Assembly (NCBI GenBank): GCA_003105035.1
Contig: PQAL01000043.1
Coordinates: 98,014-162,013, forward strand
Length of the DNA stretch: 64,000 nt
DNA from: Anaerolineales bacterium
Lineage (GTDB): Bacteria > Chloroflexota > Anaerolineae > Anaerolineales > UBA4823
Reading direction: 5' to 3'
Position numbers and translations under genes: made by a program. This document shows positions 1 through 9,499 of the stretch, piece after piece. The notes beneath the pieces were generated by a model. That model worked only from the letters and a program-made list of their open reading frames with translations, searched no databases and had not been told where the DNA came from. Every line of letters begins with the position of its first letter. Positions within the stretch are counted from its first letter, which is position 1.

Positions 1-2123
1 TCACGCTGCTCGCGTTCCAGTTTATCCTTCAGGATGCGCAGCTTGGTCTCATAAGTCAAAGAGACTTTTTTAGCTTCCGCTTCGCTGGCTTCCTGGGCGG
101 CCCTGCTGCAAGCCGCATGGAAATCTCCCTCGCTCACCTCCGGCCCTGCATACACCTTGAGGGTATCATTCGCACGAATGTTGATCTGGGCTGCCCGGTA
201 GGACCAGTCTTCGAAATCTTTTTCCAGGGCATTCATTACCTTTACATCGTTCTCCGGAGCCTGGAGCGGTGCAAAGCGTGCCTGCGGAGCAGGTGCTTTA
301 TCCAGGCGCTCCGGGTCAATTTTTGGGCTCGGGTAATTATCCCAGCGCACGATTCCCCTGCGGTCCGGATTCGCTACCAACGCTGTCTTGAATAGATCGA
401 TATCGAGCTTGTATTTCAGGCTCACCAGCCGGGCACTGGTTTGCCCGAGGATCACCGGGCGATAGACCAGACCCTGGCTGAACGCTTCCGCTGGGTATTC
501 TCGCTCTGCCGCTTTGAATGCCTGGGTGAAGGTGAGGTTGTTGGGCAGGAAATACTCCTGTATACCGGTTGGGATTGTCGGTCGCGTGGCCGAGAACCCT
601 GCTGGGCCGGAAGTCCCACTTGCCGTGGTTGGAACTGCAGCCATCGCTGCCGGTGCCTGTGTGGCGGTCGTCCCTGCTGGTACAGTCATGGGTGGCGTAG
701 CCGCCGGTTGTAGGCTGGTCCCAGCCAGCTTGTTTAGCTCGGGGATTTGCGTGCGGGTCAGCGGCCCGGCCAGGTAATTCATCGCCCAGCGTGTCTGGAA
801 CAAGGCCGGTCCCTTGGCGTTCACGTTGTGCAACAGGAAGACCCGCTTGCCCAGGGTGGAGATCAGCCGGTCATAGGCTGCCCGGTCAAGTCCGCCCGCC
901 ATGGCGCTGTCCAGCCCGTCCAACAGGCGTTGCTTGTCCTGGTCGGTCTGCAGTTTGCCGATCATCCACGTCCCGGCGTTCGAGAGCGCCTTATAATCCA
1001 CATCCACCGGGTTCTGCGTCACCAGAACCTGTCCGACCCCAAAAGCGCGCGCTTGCTTCAACATGCGCAGCATCGGCTGTTTGGAGGGTGGGTTGGCTAC
1101 CGGCGGTAAATACCCAAAGATCTCATCGAAGTAAACCAGTGCACGCAGGCTGGTTGTGCCGGTCTGGCTGCGCATCCAGGTTTCCACCGCTGAATACAGC
1201 AGGGTGATGAAAAACATGCGTTCCGCGTCGCTCAGGTGGGAGATGTAAAACACACTGTGGCGGGGTTTGCCATCCGCAGTGTATAAGAGGGAGGCAATAT
1301 CGAGCGGCTCACCCTCGATCCATACCTGGAAAGCGGGTGCAGCCAGGATGTTATTCAGCAACATCGCCAGCGCAAAGCGGTCTTTTTCGGGGAAGAAGGT
1401 ATTAACATCGAACACGCCTAATTTCGGGAAGGGCGGCGATTGGGTCTGCAGGATCAGCTCGCCCAGGTCGAGGTCTTTGCCCTGCCTCCAGGCATTTTCA
1501 AAGATGTTGGCAAGCAGGATGTGTTCGCGTGAGCGGACCGGGTCGATATCCGTCATCCCCACCAGCCCCAATAGGGCTGTCACCGTGCCGGAGATCCTTT
1601 CCCGCAGCGTCTCCTTGTTGGTTTCCCACGGAATGGTGGGCGCCTTGAATGATGCCAGGATATTGATCGGGATGCCCGCATCCGAGCCTGGGGTGAAAAT
1701 GGCAAATTTGGCCGACTCAGACAGAGTCTGCAGGCGTGGCTGGTCGATATTCCAATCCGTTAGCCCTTGTTTCCACAGCTGGGCGGCGTCTGCTGCAGCT
1801 TGCTCAAGCGACTTTCCTGCCCGGCGCGCTTGGTCTGGGTTGACCCAGGGCTGAAAATCCTGTGGCAGCAGGTTGGGGAAGTGCAGCAATGTATTGGTGA
1901 TGTCGCCCTTGGGGTCGATCATCAAGGCCGGGATGTGGTTCAGTGCGGCTTCTTCCAGCAGGTCGATACACAATCCGGTCTTGCCCGAGCCAGTCATGCC
2001 GACCACCACGGCATGCGTGGTCAGGTCTGCCGGCTCGTACAAAAGTACCTGATCCGTCGTTTTGGCTTGCTGCGGGTCATAAGCCCGTCCAAGGTAAAAT
2101 TTCCCACCGGTTTCCACCATCAT
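1..2123 (-). CDS. HerA/FtsK-like P-loop ATPase (DUF87/AAA-like type), first 707 codons; 3' end lies outside the window
   Basis: Absent from the ORF track because it is open at the window edge. Manual minus-strand translation from ATG 2123 (RBS GAGGTGA) to base 3 has no stop. Walker A VVVGMTGSGKTGL, DPKGD, Walker B-like LVYFDEIFGY, VTQNPVD. The small + ORFs here are antisense shadows. Confidence 0.75.
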   Translation of the reverse strand, partial: MMVETGGKFYLGRAYDPQQAKTTDQVLLYEPADLTTHAVVVGMTGSGKTGLCIDLLEEAALNHIPALMIDPKGDITNTLLHFPNLLPQDFQPWVNPDQARRAGKSLEQAAADAAQLWKQGLTDWNIDQPRLQTLSESAKFAIFTPGSDAGIPINILASFKAPTIPWETNKETLRERISGTVTALLGLVGMTDIDPVRSREHILLANIFENAWRQGKDLDLGELILQTQSPPFPKLGVFDVNTFFPEKDRFALAMLLNNILAAPAFQVWIEGEPLDIASLLYTADGKPRHSVFYISHLSDAERMFFITLLYSAVETWMRSQTGTTSLRALVYFDEIFGYLPPVANPPSKQPMLRMLKQARAFGVGQVLVTQNPVDVDYKALSNAGTWMIGKLQTDQDKQRLLDGLDSAMAGGLDRAAYDRLISTLGKRVFLLHNVNAKGPALFQTRWAMNYLAGPLTRTQIPELNKLAGTSLQPAATPPMTVPAGTTATQAPAAMAAVPTTASGTSGPAGFSATRPTIPTGIQEYFLPNNLTFTQAFKAAEREYPAEAFSQGLVYRPVILGQTSARLVSLKYKLDIDLFKTALVANPDRRGIVRWDNYPSPKIDPERLDKAPAPQARFAPLQAPENDVKVMNALEKDFEDWSYRAAQINIRANDTLKVYAGPEVSEGDFHAACSRAAQEASEAEAKKVSLTYETKLRILKDKLEREQR

Positions 2124-3185
2124 TCACCTCTCTGTTTCTTCATAAACAAGCTGGAACTCATTTATATACACTCCCGCAATATCAGGGTTATGGATAATGA
2201 GCGTGTTTTCATCATTATTATACTCAGCGTTGTTGCTGAAATTATACGAGCCGGTAATCACTTTTTGCCCATCGATGATGATGACCTTGTGGTGCATCAG
2301 GTGGGTGTTGCCGTCCAGCCTGACGTCTACCCCGGCTTCAGCCAGCGCTTCAAACTCGGTGCCTGAATTGCTCTTGTATTGATCCTCGTCAAATACCCCG
2401 CGCACTTCCACGCCAGCCTGCGCCTGTTCGATCAGCGCGGCCCTCAGCTCATCGGACGTAAAGGAGTATGCCATAAAGTAGATGCTTTCCCTGGCGGAGT
2501 TGACAGCTTCCAGGATATGCTCCAGGGTGCCATCCTCCGGGGAGAAATATACCTCGATCGCGCTGCCGTTGATTGTGAACGTGGGGTAAGGCGTCTCGGA
2601 GTGTTTCTCCTTACTGAACGCGTCATTCACAAACATCTGCTCGAATTCCCGGGTGTAGTCTTCTGCCAGCTTGCTCGAGCGTAGCCGAATCAGGTTGTTG
2701 TTATCCAGGTACCCGCCTCCTGTCGTGAAGTTCATCGAGCCAGTCCATACTTCGCTGCGGTCGATGACCACGAACTTGTCATGCATCAGGCTTTCGTGGC
2801 GATCACCCAGCACTTCAATTCCCTCGGTTTTCAGGTCCTGTACCTCCTGCTCATCCATGTTATCACTCTCGACCACCAGGCGGACGTCCAATCCCCGCCG
2901 GTGTGCCAAGATGAGCGCATCCTGGATGGACCACAGGTTGAGGTCGTATATTGCCATGACCACGCTTACGCGTGCCTGCTCGATCGCGGCTGCCAGGGCT
3001 TCATCCGGACCACCCCTGAAGGTCGTTGCTTTGGGGTTGTTGGGCTCGGTGAAATAAACCTCATACCATCCGCTCTGATTGTCCAAAGGAGGTGAGGGTG
3101 TGATGCCCACCACCGATCCTATCGCCGTAGAACAGGCACTGGTGGCAAAGATCATGGCTAAGAGGATCAGGATGCGCTTAATCAA
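2124..3185 (-). CDS. phospholipase D / Nuc-like family lipoprotein with two HKD motifs
   Basis: Signal peptide plus lipobox (LLAMIFATSAC). HKD motifs HDKFVVIDRSEVWTGSMNFT and HHKVIIIDGQKVITGSYNFS. Stop TGA (2124-2126) directly abuts the ATG (2121-2123) of the downstream ATPase. Confidence 0.85.
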   Translation of the reverse strand: MIKRILILLAMIFATSACSTAIGSVVGITPSPPLDNQSGWYEVYFTEPNNPKATTFRGGPDEALAAAIEQARVSVVMAIYDLNLWSIQDALILAHRRGLDVRLVVESDNMDEQEVQDLKTEGIEVLGDRHESLMHDKFVVIDRSEVWTGSMNFTTGGGYLDNNNLIRLRSSKLAEDYTREFEQMFVNDAFSKEKHSETPYPTFTINGSAIEVYFSPEDGTLEHILEAVNSARESIYFMAYSFTSDELRAALIEQAQAGVEVRGVFDEDQYKSNSGTEFEALAEAGVDVRLDGNTHLMHHKVIIIDGQKVITGSYNFSNNAEYNNDENTLIIHNPDIAGVYINEFQLVYEETER

Positions 3186-3261
3186 GGGAGGCTGGGTGCA
3201 CTTCAGGGGCTAAGCAATGTACCAGTGATTATAGCTTAAACATAATCCTTCTTCGTAATAT

Positions 3262-3291
3262 AAAAAAGCCGGCCTGATTAATCAGACCGGC
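3262..3291 (-). terminator. intrinsic terminator downstream of the VOC gene
   Basis: On the minus strand, an 11-bp stem GCCGGTCTGAT/ATCAGGCCGGC (one G-U pair) with a tiny loop, followed by TTTTTT. Confidence 0.6.
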
Positions 3292-3306
3292 TTGTTGATC
3301 TACCCG

Positions 3307-3666
3307 CTAATGTTTCATTTCTTTGGGCATCTGGATCAGCCCGATGATGTTCCCTTCCGGTCCCCTGACCGATGCAATCAGCTTGCCCCCGCCTACATCT
3401 TTGATTTCCTGCACCCGTTCAGAACCCCCATCCAGCAGGATCTGCAGGTGTTTCCGAATGTCATCGACATGATAGTAATCGATCGGGCCACTATGGCCAT
3501 CTTTATCGCCGTTCGGGTCAAGCCCGATTTCCTGGCCGTCGATCCGGTACCCAACATAGTAAGGCTCGTCAACGTATGGCTGTGTATCCAGCAGCCTGCT
3601 GAACATTTTTTTGGCCCGGTTCAGGTCTTTAACCGGGTAGATTACCGTTCGTATTCCCTCGTTCAT
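3307..3666 (-). CDS. VOC (glyoxalase/bleomycin-resistance/dioxygenase) family protein
   Basis: 119 aa with a typical single VOC module (VIYPVKDLNRAKKMF...IGLDPNG...GNIIGLIQ). Confidence 0.8.
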   Translation of the reverse strand: MNEGIRTVIYPVKDLNRAKKMFSRLLDTQPYVDEPYYVGYRIDGQEIGLDPNGDKDGHSGPIDYYHVDDIRKHLQILLDGGSERVQEIKDVGGGKLIASVRGPEGNIIGLIQMPKEMKH

Positions 3667-3830
3667 AGGTCACTCCTTTCCACATGGTTTTCCCAAAGCA
3701 AAGCCTGTTGGTTGCCATTAGATTCCTGATTCAGGTTCTGCTCCGGAGAGGGCTAATAATCCCTCTTTGATGAAACCTCTTCGCCATGATCGATGAGTGC
3801 TTGAAAAAAGTTATCGTGAGGCTTCTTTCC

Positions 3831-4544
3831 TTAATCCGTTGCCGCCGGTGCAGTGGTTTTTACCGGGACGACGGCTGTGGCTTGCAGGAAACCGACGTAC
3901 ATCAATATCGCGCCTAAGAACTCGCTCAGGTACAAGAAATCCGGCAGCCCCAATTGAATAAACGTGCCGCCCATGGCAGGCAGGATTGCGCCTGCTGCAA
4001 TCAGGATATTACCCACCATGCGGTTGAACAAGATGCGCTTACGCCAAAATATGAACGCGGAATAGATCGCCCCACCCACCAGGGTGAAAGTACCGTAGAT
4101 GTTGAGCAGGATCGTCAGCAGGGTTACCAATCCCGAACGAGTCAGGATATCTTTATACTGTGAAGATAATGGCACACTCGGGTTATATGTTGCTGCAGCC
4201 GAGGTAATAGGCGCCATAAATACCAATACGATTGCCAGCAGGCTGATGATGATAAGGACATAGTTCAACATCGTCGCCACACCCCGTCTCCGCACCAGCA
4301 GGTTGACCGTGCCTTGCCCAAGCCAGGCAGCGGTCAGCATGGCACCACATAAGTACCACAATTTCAGTGCAGCTGCGTTGAAGGTGAACAGCAAGATGAC
4401 TTCGGTCAGTGCTCCCAGCCCATATAGGACCAGTCCGATGCCCCAAAACAACAGGTGGGCACCATGCCGGGTTCGGAATCGGCTGAAAACTGCCGCGGCA
4501 AAGATGAATGTGATGATCGTGGTCAAAATTGGCAGGTAATGCAT
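3831..4544 (-). CDS. integral membrane protein, about 7 TM, function unknown
   Basis: 237-aa ORF that is hydrophobic throughout. No recognisable catalytic motif. Confidence 0.65.
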   Translation of the reverse strand: MHYLPILTTIITFIFAAAVFSRFRTRHGAHLLFWGIGLVLYGLGALTEVILLFTFNAAALKLWYLCGAMLTAAWLGQGTVNLLVRRRGVATMLNYVLIIISLLAIVLVFMAPITSAAATYNPSVPLSSQYKDILTRSGLVTLLTILLNIYGTFTLVGGAIYSAFIFWRKRILFNRMVGNILIAAGAILPAMGGTFIQLGLPDFLYLSEFLGAILMYVGFLQATAVVPVKTTAPAATD

Positions 4545-4582
4545 TTTTTCTCCGTGTTTAGTGGAATATTAACTATCTTAAG

Positions 4583-5203
4583 TTAATGTGAGCTGTGCTG
4601 AATTGCCTCGTAAGTATCCAACAGGGTAATGATGATGATGTCAGAAAATGAGTTCATCTTGCGGAACAGTTCGGACCAGATTTGCGGCGAGCGCACATCT
4701 GCATTTTCATAGGCCGATAGGATGGCATCCATCACTGCGGTACGGAAAAACTGGAAGGCATGGGCTGCTTCTACACTGCTCAATCCTACTCGTTGTCCGC
4801 GTGAGGCATATTCATACCCCAGTGAGCGGGCTTCGGCGTCTAATCCATCGCCATTGGACGTTAAATGGCCGATCAGCCCTTGCACTAACGAGCGTCCACT
4901 CAGGCGGTATTGCTCGCGGGCATCATTGTCCATCTTGCGATACCAGTTTTCGCTTTCCAGGTTGCTTTCACTGATCTGTACCCGGGTGTTCCGTAAAACA
5001 TTGGCGTATACCGAGGGTGCCTCCGGAGTCGCGCTTTCCCAGTGGGTATGCATGCGTAGCTCGACATCCGACCGTCGGAAGCGCCGGTGTCCCCCTTGAG
5101 TTCGCTGTGAAGGGAGGTATCCATGATCAGCCCAGGCTCTGACGGTGCTCGGATGAACTCCCAACTGTTGTGCTGCCTTGCTCAAACTCAGCCATTCGTC
5201 CAT
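4583..5203 (-). CDS. MerR/excisionase-type HTH DNA-binding protein with an uncharacterised C-terminal domain
   Basis: N-terminus LSLSKAAQQLGVHPSTVRAWADHGYLPSQRTQGGHRRFRRSDV matches the excisionase/MerR-type HTH. Confidence 0.7.
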   Translation of the reverse strand: MDEWLSLSKAAQQLGVHPSTVRAWADHGYLPSQRTQGGHRRFRRSDVELRMHTHWESATPEAPSVYANVLRNTRVQISESNLESENWYRKMDNDAREQYRLSGRSLVQGLIGHLTSNGDGLDAEARSLGYEYASRGQRVGLSSVEAAHAFQFFRTAVMDAILSAYENADVRSPQIWSELFRKMNSFSDIIIITLLDTYEAIQHSSH

Positions 5204-5253
5204 AAAGCATCCTTAATCGACAAGCTAGAGTAGAATTCCCAACTTTATCAGCT

Positions 5254-5286
5254 TCTAAGTAAATAAACAATGTAGATTTACTTAGA
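5254..5286. promoter_or_regulatory. perfect 11-bp inverted repeat (TCTAAGTAAAT-N11-ATTTACTTAGA) upstream of the HTH gene
   Basis: Read directly from the sequence, 51-83 bp upstream of ATG 5203. A third half-site-like TTCTAAGGA lies at 5301-5309. Confidence 0.4.
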
Positions 5287-5313
5287 ATTTGTATAAAAGA
5301 TTCTAAGGATGGT

Positions 5314-5353
5314 AAAAAAACTGGGCTGCCCTAAAAGCAAGCGGGGCAGCCCA
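5314..5353 (-). terminator. intrinsic terminator downstream of the lipoprotein gene
   Basis: Minus strand: CTGGGCTGCCCC-loop-GGGCAGCCCAG followed by TTTTTTT. Confidence 0.6.
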
Positions 5354-5380
5354 GTTTGGCTTTAATTGAGGCTCAGTTGG

Positions 5381-6625
5381 TTATTTCTTAGCCAGATCCC
5401 AATAAGACATCTCCACCACCCGGTAGGTGTAGTTGGTCGTATTTTCAGGACTGACGAATACGCCATAACGACCGGAGGTGAATTTATTGTCGAAGATTTC
5501 GGCGATCTGGTTACCGTTGGCATATACTGTGATTGTGTTACCGATGAACTTGATCCCCATCACGTTTTGCTTATTGGTGCCAGCAATGATATAGCTGCTG
5601 GGTGTATAGCTTACTAATTCTTTTGTTGTATACGGGTTGGCTCCGTCTAGCCGGAACACCCACAAAGAGCCGTCGCAGGTGAAAGACACCACATATCCAT
5701 AGGATACACCGGCCTGGTGTTCGGGGCCGCGCACGATCAACCCGTAGGCATCTTTTCCGGCACAGCTGCCCGAGTCAAAGGTGGACTGCAGGTAGAAATC
5801 GCTCAGCTCGCGCCATTGGAAGTACCAGGTACTGAACCCGGGCATCTTTCCCGTTACGTAGAATTTTGCATCGATCTCACTGATCTTAATATAGCTGGTG
5901 TTCGGAAGCAGTCCGGTAGTCGGGTTCGTCCAATCATTGATATTGCCGCCGGTCATTGGGTCTTCAAATGTCGCTGGCCCGTAGACTGCTACCGGGTTGA
6001 ACGACCCGGTGATGGGCGTGACGTTAGCAGTAGGCGCGGCTTGGCCGGGTGGGATGTCCACCGTCAGGGTGTAGCTTGATTTGCCATTCCCGGCTGTCAT
6101 GCTCAGGTAGTAATCCTGTGTCGCTGGCAGGGTGCCCGACCAGGTGGTCTGTTGTGCGGAGCTGTTCAGCAGAACCTGACCATCCGCCCCAAACACTCCC
6201 AGATACACATCTCCGTTGGGGGAAGCCAGCTTTACGCTCATCGTCTGTGAGGCATTGGCTTTCAAGACGTAATACAGCGTCTGGCTGGTGTCTACAATGC
6301 CTTCAACCGTGGCACCTGTCCCGCCGGCAGCAAACTGGATCCGGCTGGCAGACGGTAAGGTTGCCACTGGAACTGCGGTTGGAGGGGGTGACACCTCGGT
6401 CGCTGGCACCGTACTCGTTGGAATCGGGGTGGCTGGTACCAAAACCTGGGTGGGTGGCAGGGAGGTGTTCGTCGGCTCGGCTTGAATGCCAGTGGTCGTT
6501 GTTGGTATTATCGGCTGCTGGGTAGCGACGGGTGGGGGATTACCGCTCGCCGGTAACTTACAGGCGGTAACTGCCACTGCCAGTATTGCCAGCAGTGCAC
6601 AGGTGAAGATGATTTTCTTTTTCAT
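5381..6625 (-). CDS. secreted lipoprotein with a Pro/Thr-rich linker; C-terminal domain possibly a concanavalin/DUF1080-like fold
   Basis: Signal peptide plus Cys (AVAVTAC), then a long P/T-rich spacer. The C-terminal part (GNTITVYANGNQIAEIFDNKFTSGRYGVFV) resembles jelly-roll lectin-like domains. The fold assignment is tentative. Confidence 0.7.
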   Translation of the reverse strand: MKKKIIFTCALLAILAVAVTACKLPASGNPPPVATQQPIIPTTTTGIQAEPTNTSLPPTQVLVPATPIPTSTVPATEVSPPPTAVPVATLPSASRIQFAAGGTGATVEGIVDTSQTLYYVLKANASQTMSVKLASPNGDVYLGVFGADGQVLLNSSAQQTTWSGTLPATQDYYLSMTAGNGKSSYTLTVDIPPGQAAPTANVTPITGSFNPVAVYGPATFEDPMTGGNINDWTNPTTGLLPNTSYIKISEIDAKFYVTGKMPGFSTWYFQWRELSDFYLQSTFDSGSCAGKDAYGLIVRGPEHQAGVSYGYVVSFTCDGSLWVFRLDGANPYTTKELVSYTPSSYIIAGTNKQNVMGIKFIGNTITVYANGNQIAEIFDNKFTSGRYGVFVSPENTTNYTYRVVEMSYWDLAKK

Positions 6626-6727
6626 AGTTGCCTCCTTAGCGCCCTTGCAAGTGTCCTATGCTGATATTCTACATCATTTTATAAATCGGTTGGGAAGCTT
6701 TCAGTGTTGTTGGGAAGGAAAAATGGC

Positions 6728-8242
6728 TTATGCATCGTAAACACGGATGGCAGCTGTGCCTTCCAGAGGGCAATAATGCTCGCAGATCCCGCAGCCGATG
6801 CACAGCTCTCGTAACACGGAGGGGCGCTGCACCGACGTCACTTCACCACTTGCATCCACCACTTCCGCTTCTTCCAGGCGGATAGCTTTCTGCGGCGTGG
6901 GGCACATCTCCTCGCACACGATGCACGCCAGCCCGCTTGCCCAGGGCAGGCAGCGGTTACGGTCGATGCTGGCTTTTCCAATCACTGCCATGCGCTTTTC
7001 CTCCAGGAGCAGCCTGGGGATCGCTCCGCTTGGGCAGACCTGCCCGCAGGCGGTGCAGCCATAGTCACAGTAACCCACGCGTGGCACCACCAGGGGTGTC
7101 CACAATCCAGCCAGCCCTGCTTCAGTGGCTGCCGGTTGCAGTGCTGTGGTTGGGCAGATCTTCATGCACTGCGAGCAGCGGATGCAGGTGGATAGGAATA
7201 AATCCTCAACACTCACGCCCGGTGGGCGAATGCGCCAGGGATTGTCCTGTTGCAGGTGCAGGTCGGTGCCGAGCAGTAACGCCCCGGCTGCGCCGGTTGC
7301 CAGGGCTCCCAACGCTTGCCGGCGGGTCAGGTCGAACTCGTGTTTTGGGGCTGGTTTTACAGAAAGCCCAAAACGGATATCTCCCGGCTTGCAGCTGGCA
7401 AAGCAGTCCAGGCAGACTGTGCATTCGGATGGCATGATGTGGAAGTTTTCCGGGTTGGTGTCCACCGCTCCTGGCTTGCACACCACCGCACAGCGTGTAC
7501 ACTGCGTGCAAGCGCTGCCGATCAACGGGCGGAACAGTGAAATCTTGGAGAGCAAACCCAGTAGAGCCCCAAGCGGGCACAGGTACCGGCACCAGAAGCG
7601 GTGTGCCAGCATGTTGAGGGCCAGGATGCCTGTGAACATCCCGGCAATCAGCAGGCTTTGGGCGAACACAGGCTGCTCCACCGGGATGACCACCCCCCGC
7701 ACGATGCCTTCAAAGCTATCCAGGGCTGGCGAGAGCACATCCACCCGGTAGAGAATCGCCTCCACGCTGTTGATGGCATAGAATATCGCGGGCAGGATGG
7801 CTGTGGTCAGTGTGCGCGTGAAGATGGCGATTGGGTCCAGTACCAGCCAGGTCAGTATACCGAAGAGTGCTCCTGCCAGGCTGACGGCCAGCAGGAAGTA
7901 TTTCACCCATCTCCACTGCGGCGAGATGGTTGCTGAGCGTTTACGGGCTTTTTTGAAGGTTACCCATTCCAGCAGGCTGCCGAGTGGGCAGATCCACCCA
8001 CACCACGCTCGCCCGATGATCAGGGTCAACCCAACGGTGACCAGTGCCAGGGCCAGCTTGGGGATCCAGCTTCGGCTGGCCAGCATGGCCCCCAGGGCAG
8101 CCAATGGATCCAGGCGGAAGAAGATATCGGAGAGTGCCGGGGCGACCCTGCGTTCCACCACGGCAAAGATCAGGTAGATGTAGACTGCGAAAAATAGTAT
8201 TTGGACGGCCTGCCGCACCCGCCGCCAATTTTTCCAGCTCAT
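6728..8242 (-). CDS. membrane-bound polyferredoxin (NapH/MauN/YccM-like 4Fe-4S protein)
   Basis: TM segments with CGWICPLG and CRYLCPLG motifs. Several CxxCxxCxxxCP clusters (CTQCTRCAVVCKP, CIRCSQCMKICP, CTACGQVCP, CIVCEEMCP, CIGCGICEHYCP). Confidence 0.85.
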   Translation of the reverse strand: MSWKNWRRVRQAVQILFFAVYIYLIFAVVERRVAPALSDIFFRLDPLAALGAMLASRSWIPKLALALVTVGLTLIIGRAWCGWICPLGSLLEWVTFKKARKRSATISPQWRWVKYFLLAVSLAGALFGILTWLVLDPIAIFTRTLTTAILPAIFYAINSVEAILYRVDVLSPALDSFEGIVRGVVIPVEQPVFAQSLLIAGMFTGILALNMLAHRFWCRYLCPLGALLGLLSKISLFRPLIGSACTQCTRCAVVCKPGAVDTNPENFHIMPSECTVCLDCFASCKPGDIRFGLSVKPAPKHEFDLTRRQALGALATGAAGALLLGTDLHLQQDNPWRIRPPGVSVEDLFLSTCIRCSQCMKICPTTALQPAATEAGLAGLWTPLVVPRVGYCDYGCTACGQVCPSGAIPRLLLEEKRMAVIGKASIDRNRCLPWASGLACIVCEEMCPTPQKAIRLEEAEVVDASGEVTSVQRPSVLRELCIGCGICEHYCPLEGTAAIRVYDA

Positions 8243-9309
8243 CAGAGCTTGAGCTCCTGGATGTTGATGCTTGACAGGTCCAGCGTGCCCAGGCCCATCT
8301 TGGCGCTGGCTTTGATATAACCGATGTCCTCCCCGCTCATGCCAAACAGGGTGGTTGCATACGCATCCGCTGCAACAATGTCCCGGCTGGCAATGATGGT
8401 ATCCATCTGTTTCACGTCTGCCAGGTCGCCACCGGTCGGGCCGTGCCTGGTCAGGATGCGCACCGCGTCAATCACGGTCAGCTCAGGCATCACCAGGCTG
8501 GTCAGGTCGGCAATGCGCTGTGAGAGGTTGATGTGCATCAGATTGCGGTCAAGGATTACCCCCATCAGGTTTTTTCCCCCCAGGGTCAGCTTGGTCGAGC
8601 CGTGGTTCTTTGCGATGGGCACGTTGATCAGCAGGTCAGCATTCAAGATATCCGGGTAGATCTCTACCGAGCTGATATCCTTGCCTTGATGGATATCTAC
8701 CACTTCATATTTGGAACGGGTCATCACGTGCATCTCCCCACCCGCTGCTTCGACAGCCTCCTTTATCCCTGAGATTTCATACGCCGACTTGGCCGTGCCT
8801 CCGAATGGATAGTCCATTACCCGCACCCGCTTGGCACCTGCTTCCAGGCACATGCTCACCAGCGTTGCCACCACCGTGGGGTTGGTGGTGGAGGCGTATT
8901 CGGGCGGGTGGTAATCGGTGCAGATATTGGGCTTGATGATCACGTCGTATCCTGGGCTGACGAAACTGGCCATGCCGCCCAGTGCTCCGATGGCTGCTCT
9001 CGTGATCGCGGCTGGGTCTGGCCCGTGCGCTACAGCCAGGTACGCCGGAGTACTGGTCGCTGAAGGTTCAGGGCTGGGGCTGCCTGGCTCTGCAGGCGTT
9101 GCCTCACCTGCCGTGGGTTCAGCCGGGTTGGTAACCGTGGCTGCCAGGCTCGAGGTTGGGTTGGCTGGCGCGATTTGTTCTGTCGGTGTCACCTTAGTTG
9201 GCAAGCTTGTGCTCTTTGCGGGGCTACAGCTTGCCAGGGCTGCACCTGCCGCCACAGTGGCGGTCAGTTTGATGAACGTCCGGCGCGAGAGGGGGTGTCG
9301 GCGTGTCAT
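8242..9309 (-). CDS. TAT-signal DUF362-family protein
   Basis: Twin-arginine leader MTRRHPLSRRTFIKLTATVAAGAALASC. Start moved to ATG 9309 (GGAG 7 nt upstream). The DUF362-like core follows a P/T/S-rich linker. Its stop overlaps the start of the polyferredoxin gene at 8242. Confidence 0.75.
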   Translation of the reverse strand: MTRRHPLSRRTFIKLTATVAAGAALASCSPAKSTSLPTKVTPTEQIAPANPTSSLAATVTNPAEPTAGEATPAEPGSPSPEPSATSTPAYLAVAHGPDPAAITRAAIGALGGMASFVSPGYDVIIKPNICTDYHPPEYASTTNPTVVATLVSMCLEAGAKRVRVMDYPFGGTAKSAYEISGIKEAVEAAGGEMHVMTRSKYEVVDIHQGKDISSVEIYPDILNADLLINVPIAKNHGSTKLTLGGKNLMGVILDRNLMHINLSQRIADLTSLVMPELTVIDAVRILTRHGPTGGDLADVKQMDTIIASRDIVAADAYATTLFGMSGEDIGYIKASAKMGLGTLDLSSINIQELKL

Positions 9310-9499
9310 AGGCAATCTCCGTAGGTATACCTGGTAGAGGAGCAACAATAAAGTCTGGTTAGGGATGTATTATAAATGCGAATCCTTCACTGAGCAAAAT
9401 TCGCAGCTAGCGCAGGCTGGTTTTATGGGTGCTGGTTTTGATGAAACGTCTTGGAATACCAGCTCACTCTCTTGGCACCACTGAAGTTATAATCCTCTC

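Noticed and set aside
6798-8274. Numerous plus-strand ORFs of 66-208 aa
   Set aside because: All are antisense or out of frame to the polyferredoxin gene and are Arg/Pro/Ala-rich shadow ORFs.
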